From Bdellovibrionota bacterium (GTDB taxonomy: Bacteria > Bdellovibrionota > UBA2428), in NCBI GenBank assembly GCA_041750195.1, contig JBGSZX010000043.1, positions 77,650-141,649 on the forward strand: a stretch of DNA of 64,000 nucleotides. The letters are read 5' to 3'. Below the pieces are notes generated by a model. That model was not told the origin of the DNA. It saw only the letters and a program-made list of their open reading frames with translations, and did no database searches. The position numbers were made by a program, and so were the translations under genes. Positions 58,858 to 64,000 of this stretch are shown piece after piece (position 1 is the stretch's first letter; every line of letters begins with the position of its first letter).

Positions 58858-60300
58858 CTAACTTTTTACCTTTAACATCTTTTCTTTTAATATTTGAGAC
58901 ACCAACTGTGGGTTAGCCTTACCCGAAGATTTTTTCATCACTTGCCCTACAAAAAAAGCAAATAATTTATCTTTACCATCTAGATATTGATTCAGCTGTT
59001 CTGGATTGTTCTGTAAGGCTTCCTCAGCCCAAAGCTTCAAAGCCGAGTGATCACTGACCTGCTCTAACCCTTTTTCTTGAATGTACTCATTCGGGTCAAA
59101 ATTTTTATTTACCATAGCAGCTTCTATCAATTCTTTTCCCACCGTTCGTGAAATCGTCTCAGAAATTACTAAGTGAATTATTTTTGCAAGAAGCGTTGGT
59201 GTGACGGGGGAGTTTTCGAGCTGATGCTCATGATGATTGAGAGCGCCCTGTAAGTCGGTGAGAACCCATGATACAGCCTGAGCGGCTGGAATGCCTTTCT
59301 CGATAAGTGCCTCCACAAAATCCATCATCCCACGGTTGGAAATCAGCTGGTTAACATCATAAGCGCTGAGCCCCCATTCGTCACTCAACCTATCAGCCTT
59401 GGAGTCCGGAGACTCGGGCATTTCTTTTTTGATTCGATCCAATTCTTTCTGAGCTAGTTTTAAAATTGGCTGATCAGGATCTGGAAAATATCTGTAATCA
59501 TCGGCATCTTCTTTTTTTCGCATTGAAAAAGTTTTATTTGCTGCCGCATCCCAGCCACGAGTTTCTTGAATCACCTGGCCACCGCTCTCAAGCAGCGCCA
59601 TCTGTCTTGAAATCTCATATTCAATTGCTAGCTCTACATTCCTAAATGAATTGACATTTTTGATTTCCGCACGGGTCCCCAATTTAGTGACGCCAACTTT
59701 TCGCACACTCACATTTGCATCACATCTAAAATTGCCGGCCTCTAAATTGCCATCGGTTACTCCGGCATGAACAAGCAAGGAATGAAGTCTTTTTAAATAT
59801 TGTTTTGCCTCGAGTGGCGATGACATGTCAGGAGCGCTGACCACCTCAATCAAAGCGGTCCCTGCTCGATTCAAATTAACAAGTGTGCTTTTTGCCACAT
59901 GGAAAAGCTGACCGGCATCTTCCTCAAGCTGAATCCGATCCAATCGAACATTTTTTTGCGAAGTGCCTTCTCCAATTTCTACATATCCAAATTTGCATAT
60001 TGGTTTTTCGAGCTGAGTAATTTGATAGCCCTTTGGTAAATCTGCATAAAAATAGTGTTTACGCTCAAATCGACTGCTGAGCTGAATGTCGCAATGACAG
60101 GCCAAACCCGCTCGCACCGCAAGCTCAACAGCGTGGAAATTTAACAACGGCAAGGCACCCGGCAAACCAGCCGAGACGACATCAACATTTGAATTCATTT
60201 CAACAGAGTCATTCTCGACGGCCGCCGTGCAAAACAGTTTAGACTTTGTCAAAAGCTGCGCATGAACTTCGAGGCCTATGACCGCTTCATAACTAGCCAT
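58858..60300 (-). CDS. gatB: Asp-tRNA(Asn)/Glu-tRNA(Gln) amidotransferase subunit B
   Basis: N-terminal YEAVIGLEVHAQL. The ORF track starts earlier at 60351; the ATG at 60298-60300 avoids a 59-bp overlap with gatA. Confidence 0.9.
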   Translation of the reverse strand: MASYEAVIGLEVHAQLLTKSKLFCTAAVENDSVEMNSNVDVVSAGLPGALPLLNFHAVELAVRAGLACHCDIQLSSRFERKHYFYADLPKGYQITQLEKPICKFGYVEIGEGTSQKNVRLDRIQLEEDAGQLFHVAKSTLVNLNRAGTALIEVVSAPDMSSPLEAKQYLKRLHSLLVHAGVTDGNLEAGNFRCDANVSVRKVGVTKLGTRAEIKNVNSFRNVELAIEYEISRQMALLESGGQVIQETRGWDAAANKTFSMRKKEDADDYRYFPDPDQPILKLAQKELDRIKKEMPESPDSKADRLSDEWGLSAYDVNQLISNRGMMDFVEALIEKGIPAAQAVSWVLTDLQGALNHHEHQLENSPVTPTLLAKIIHLVISETISRTVGKELIEAAMVNKNFDPNEYIQEKGLEQVSDHSALKLWAEEALQNNPEQLNQYLDGKDKLFAFFVGQVMKKSSGKANPQLVSQILKEKMLKVKS

Positions 60301-61774
60301 GAGTCGCCCCCTCAAAGGGATAAGGCGCAAGGCCAGGGCGGAAGCCATCACTCGCTTCTTGGTAAGCGTCTACTACTTCGAGCAAACGCTGCTCTTTGAA
60401 GTAAGGGGCGACCAATTGCATTCCAACAGGGAGACCCGAACTTGCCGCAGGAAACGAAATAGCTGGAAGACCCGCCAAACTTGGGCCGATGGTTAGCCTG
60501 TCAGAATTATACATTTTAATTGGATCTTGAATTCGATCTCCAATTTTGAATGCACTCTCAAGAGTTGTTGGCGTCAATATGAGATCATATGATTCAAAAA
60601 TACTTTCGTATGATTCTTTGATAAGCCGCCTGACTTTTGCAGCTTTATTGAAAAAAGCATCTCGATATCCTGCGGAGAGCGCAAAGGTTCCCAGTAGAAT
60701 TCTTCGCTTAACTTCAGAGCCAAAACCCAAAGACCTAGCTGATGACATGACCTTTGCCAGTGAAACATTTTTTTCACCACCAAAACCCAGATGAACTCCA
60801 TCATATCTAGATAAATTACTAGAGGCTTCAGATGTGCAAATCAGATAGTAAACCGCCAAGCTATATTTCAAAAGTGGCATAGGGACTGTTGCCAGAATGG
60901 CTCCGTTAGTTTTTAGAAAAATCTTAAAATCTTCAAACGCTGCTTTGACGTTGCCATCCATTTCAACTTCTTCCATCAAATCTGGAATGGCGATTTTGAG
61001 TCCCTTAAAAACGCCAGCACCCGGCTCTTCATACTTAAAGGCATCAGCGTGCGATGTGGTAGGATCTCTATCGTCTTGCCCTGAAATACTTTCGAGCAAC
61101 TTGGCGCAACCATAGGCATCGAGCCCGAGTGTGCCGACCTGATCTAGACTACTCGCAAAAGAAATCACACCAAATCTACTCACTCGGCCGTAACTTGGTT
61201 TTAAACCGGTGATGCCACAAAAGGCGGCAGGCTGCCGCACCGATCCTCCGGTGTCAGTGCCCAAAGCGAAAGGAGCACTTCCGGCAGCGACAGCAGCCGC
61301 AGACCCTCCGGATGACCCCCCCGGAGATCGACTTAAATTCCACGGATTCATAACGGGACCCTGGAAAGAATTTTCGCTAGAGGAGCCCATTCCAAACTCA
61401 TCCATACTTGTGCGTCCAAGAATAACACCACCATGATCGACGAGCCTCTGGACACACGAAGCACTATAGGGCGCAATAAATTTTTCTAGAATGGCAGAGC
61501 CAGCGGTGCATTCATTACCTTTTGCAAAAATAAAATCTTTGAGGGCGACCGGCGCCCCCAATAAAACATTGTTTGACGAATCAACAGATGCGCCGGCAAA
61601 CGCTTTATCAAAAATTTGATAATAAGCTTTGGTCTCACCATTAATTTCTTGAGCCCTGCCGTGGCAATATTTCCAAAGCTCATTAGCTGATATTTTCTTT
61701 GTCTTAATAGATTTGAAGAGTTCGCGTGTTCCCCTTTCCCAGGGACAATTGCTTGGTGGTAATGATTCCATCAC
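60293..61774 (-). CDS. gatA: Glutamyl-tRNA(Gln) amidotransferase subunit A (amidase signature enzyme)
   Basis: Amidase signature GGSSGGSAAAVAAG and Ser-cisSer-Lys context. Overlaps gatC by 4 bp. Confidence 0.9.
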   Translation of the reverse strand: MMESLPPSNCPWERGTRELFKSIKTKKISANELWKYCHGRAQEINGETKAYYQIFDKAFAGASVDSSNNVLLGAPVALKDFIFAKGNECTAGSAILEKFIAPYSASCVQRLVDHGGVILGRTSMDEFGMGSSSENSFQGPVMNPWNLSRSPGGSSGGSAAAVAAGSAPFALGTDTGGSVRQPAAFCGITGLKPSYGRVSRFGVISFASSLDQVGTLGLDAYGCAKLLESISGQDDRDPTTSHADAFKYEEPGAGVFKGLKIAIPDLMEEVEMDGNVKAAFEDFKIFLKTNGAILATVPMPLLKYSLAVYYLICTSEASSNLSRYDGVHLGFGGEKNVSLAKVMSSARSLGFGSEVKRRILLGTFALSAGYRDAFFNKAAKVRRLIKESYESIFESYDLILTPTTLESAFKIGDRIQDPIKMYNSDRLTIGPSLAGLPAISFPAASSGLPVGMQLVAPYFKEQRLLEVVDAYQEASDGFRPGLAPYPFEGATHG

Positions 61775-62064
61775 GACTCTTTCCCCAATACTCTATTGAT
61801 GCGGTAGCAATGATCTGACTGCTGGGGAGCGGATGCCAAAACTTCGTCTCGTCCAACCAAACGTTTAACCGCATCCTCTCGCAGAAAAGTCGTTTCTTCG
61901 TTGATGTTAAAAAGTGGCTCTACATTTTCTGTGTTAAGAGATTGGAGATCATCAAAAAATCCTAGGATTTCTTCTAAAGAATTTGTAAGCTTTGTTTTTT
62001 CGGTCTCATCTAAATCCAAAAGTGCCAAGCGCGATAATGTCGTGATGTCGATTTGATGCTTCAT
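61771..62064 (-). CDS. gatC: Asp-tRNA(Asn)/Glu-tRNA(Gln) amidotransferase subunit C
   Basis: MKHQIDITTLSRLALLDLDETEKTKL is GatC-like. The ATG at 62062-64 follows the pcrA stop by 8 bp; the ORF track alternative at 62097 would overlap pcrA. Confidence 0.7.
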   Translation of the reverse strand: MKHQIDITTLSRLALLDLDETEKTKLTNSLEEILGFFDDLQSLNTENVEPLFNINEETTFLREDAVKRLVGRDEVLASAPQQSDHCYRINRVLGKES

Positions 62065-62071
62065 CTTTTTC

Positions 62072-64000
62072 TCACAAAACCTTTTCAAGAGGTGCATATT
62101 TTGCCAAGAATTTTTTGGTGCCGGCTCTCGAAAACTGAATTGAAAGCTTTAAACTATCCCGAGCCCCTTGCCTTTTAACTACGACACCTTCGCCGTAGTC
62201 TGGATGCTTTACTTTAGCACCCACATCAAAGCCATCATCATCAGAAGGCGATTCAAAAAAATCAGCAAAGTCATCGCGGCCCCCTCCGGAATCAAAGCCG
62301 TTATAGGCCGTGTCTTGATAGTCGGAATTGTAGTGACCAAAACGAGGGCCCAAATTTGGGGCATGATCCTCAATAAAAATTTCATTTTGAGGTAATTCCG
62401 CGATAAACCTTGATGGGCGACGAACTTTCCGGAGGCCAAACACTCTTCGCATATGAGCAGAAGTTAAATAAAGTCTTTGTCTCGCTCGAGTCATACCAAC
62501 ATAGCAAAGTCTTCGCTCTTCCTCGATTTCATCTGGATCTGCCGCGAATGCGTCACCGCGAATGCTCGGAAACAATTCCTCTTCGAGCCCCACCAAAAAT
62601 ACGATCGGATACTCAAGGCCTTTTGCAGAATGGATTGTCATCAAGGTGACGGCGCTTTCATTTTCCTGCGAGCGATCTTGATCCGTATAGAGCGCCACCT
62701 CCTCCAAAAACCCTTCAAGCGTAGGCTCCGCTGTTCGAGTTTCATAATCCGCAATTGCAGAAGCTAATTCCTGTAAGTTTTCTAGCTTAGTGGCCGACTC
62801 AATATCATCTAGTTGTTGAAGAGCTTTGATGTAACCCGAAGATTCAAGCACAACCGAATAGAAATCTCTAAGATCCATGTCAGCTCGGTCTTTTTGCAAT
62901 GATTCATAAAGTTTGGCAAAAGGAGCTAATTTTTTTTGTATGGCTGGCGTTACATCAAGCTCGCCCTGAGCCATCTTTCGAACAGCATCAAACATTGAAA
63001 TCCCCGTTTCGGATGCCTTATTACGAATCTTTTCTATCGTTGTTTTTCCGATGCCTCGAGCGGGGACATTGATAACCCTGGCCAACGCGACATTATCTTT
63101 TTCATTTGCCAATAGCTTTAGATACGCGACGGCATCTTTGATTTCGGCCCTGTCATAGAATTTCAAGCCGCCGAAAATTTGATAATTGACTCTGCCTGAA
63201 CGAAGCATATCCTCGAACAAACGTGACTGAGCATGAGTTCTATAAAATATTGCAATATCATCAGGGGCACTACCGTTAGCCAAAAGTTCAGTGATTTTGC
63301 TGACAACCCAGCGACTCTCTTCGAAATCACTTTCTAGGGTATGGACCTCAACGGGCTCCCCTTTTGGATTATTGGTAAAAAGCGTTTTTTCTTTTCTTTG
63401 TGTATTGTGCGAGATAACTTTATTCGAAGCTGTGATGATCGACGAAGTGGAGCGATAGTTTTCCTCTAGTTTTACAACCTTGGCCTCTGGATAATCTTTT
63501 TCAAAATCCAAAATATTAGAGATGTCGGCACCACGCCATTTGTAAATACTTTGATCTTCATCGCCGACAACACACAAATTTCTATACTTGGCCGCCAACA
63601 ATTGCAGCAACTGATACTGGACACCATTGGTATCTTGATACTCATCTACCAAAAAATAACGATACCTATCCTGGAAGCGCTCCAAAAGGACGGGATCACC
63701 ACGAAAAAGAGAAAGAACTTTTAACAAAAGATCGCCAAAATCGAGAGCATTGTTAAGCCGAAGAGCGCGTTCATAGGCATGAATCACGGGCTCAAGCTTG
63801 CGATCCATGTAATCGCCGACTCCCGCCTTGAACGTTGAGGGTTCGATGCCTTCGTTTTTTAAACCTTGAATTTTATAATGAACACCTTTGGGCGAAACAA
63901 CTTTATCGCTAATACCTAATTCGGCCAGACAATGCTTGATTATGGTCTGCGAATCGTAATCATCAAAAATGCTGAAGCCTGGCTGAAGCCCAAGACGATC
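62072..64000 (-). CDS. pcrA: UvrD/PcrA-type superfamily-1 DNA helicase. Only the C-terminal ~640 aa are in the window; the 5' end lies beyond the window.
   Basis: Motif III VDEYQDTN and motifs IV-VI are present, with a C-terminal Tudor-like tail. The frame stays open to position 64000: my manual translation continues upstream as ...FSIFDDYDSQTIIKHC.... The internal Met at 63808 reported by the ORF track is therefore not the start. Confidence 0.85.
   Translation of the reverse strand, partial: DRLGLQPGFSIFDDYDSQTIIKHCLAELGISDKVVSPKGVHYKIQGLKNEGIEPSTFKAGVGDYMDRKLEPVIHAYERALRLNNALDFGDLLLKVLSLFRGDPVLLERFQDRYRYFLVDEYQDTNGVQYQLLQLLAAKYRNLCVVGDEDQSIYKWRGADISNILDFEKDYPEAKVVKLEENYRSTSSIITASNKVISHNTQRKEKTLFTNNPKGEPVEVHTLESDFEESRWVVSKITELLANGSAPDDIAIFYRTHAQSRLFEDMLRSGRVNYQIFGGLKFYDRAEIKDAVAYLKLLANEKDNVALARVINVPARGIGKTTIEKIRNKASETGISMFDAVRKMAQGELDVTPAIQKKLAPFAKLYESLQKDRADMDLRDFYSVVLESSGYIKALQQLDDIESATKLENLQELASAIADYETRTAEPTLEGFLEEVALYTDQDRSQENESAVTLMTIHSAKGLEYPIVFLVGLEEELFPSIRGDAFAADPDEIEEERRLCYVGMTRARQRLYLTSAHMRRVFGLRKVRRPSRFIAELPQNEIFIEDHAPNLGPRFGHYNSDYQDTAYNGFDSGGGRDDFADFFESPSDDDGFDVGAKVKHPDYGEGVVVKRQGARDSLKLSIQFSRAGTKKFLAKYAPLEKVL

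Noticed and set aside
62072-63808. ORF-track start of the helicase at the Met at 63808
   Set aside because: Manual translation shows the frame stays open upstream to the window edge with helicase-like sequence. The gene is therefore 5'-truncated by the window, not starting at this Met.
1-64000. Search for tRNA, rRNA, tmRNA, SRP or RNase P RNA signatures in intergenic regions
   Set aside because: I found no T-loop (GTTCRANYC) with an acceptor context and no conserved ncRNA motifs in the gaps inspected, so I report no RNA genes.

Overview
The window is largely chromosomal core sequence from a Gram-negative bacterium (about 45% GC), mostly encoded on the minus strand. The mix of housekeeping genes, many secreted hydrolases and outer-membrane beta-barrel proteins is reminiscent of Bdellovibrio-like or Oligoflexia-type lineages, but that is only a guess from gene content. 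Recognisable blocks are: a partial RNase J gene at the 5' edge; a PBP4-type DD-peptidase (dacB) leading a tightly overlapping operon of four unknown envelope proteins; an ABC substrate-binding lipoprotein; a REC-GGDEF response regulator; rsmE; a heptose-1-P adenylyltransferase-like gene; gpmA; a XerC/D-type recombinase; ogt; an EamA transporter; a PAP2 phosphatase; a truncated dprA plus smg; pfkA; a partial dcw cluster (mraY-murD-ftsW-murG-murC-murB); metK, hpf, rpoN and lptB in a row; an RlmD-like methyltransferase; an RluA-type pseudouridine synthase; clpB; a PilZ/YihY pair; a metzincin lipoprotein; an AsmA-family protein; a HIT protein; leuS; gatC, gatA and gatB; and the 3' part of a UvrD/PcrA helicase running off the 3' edge. 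I found no rRNA, tRNA or CRISPR. The two candidates I would put forward for an undescribed system are (1) the dacB-led translationally coupled envelope operon at 256-5863 and (2) the operon at 39802-42415 encoding a periplasmic protein, a 401-aa protein with possible RelA/SpoT-like nucleotidyltransferase features and a KA-rich/acidic dipolar histone-H1-like protein. Other things worth a look are three 14-bp tandem-repeat arrays around the dprA/smg locus, a 31-bp inverted-repeat element, a terminator hairpin inside the dcw cluster and a membrane-anchored ferredoxin-like protein. All calls rest on reading the six-frame translations for motifs; no database search was possible.
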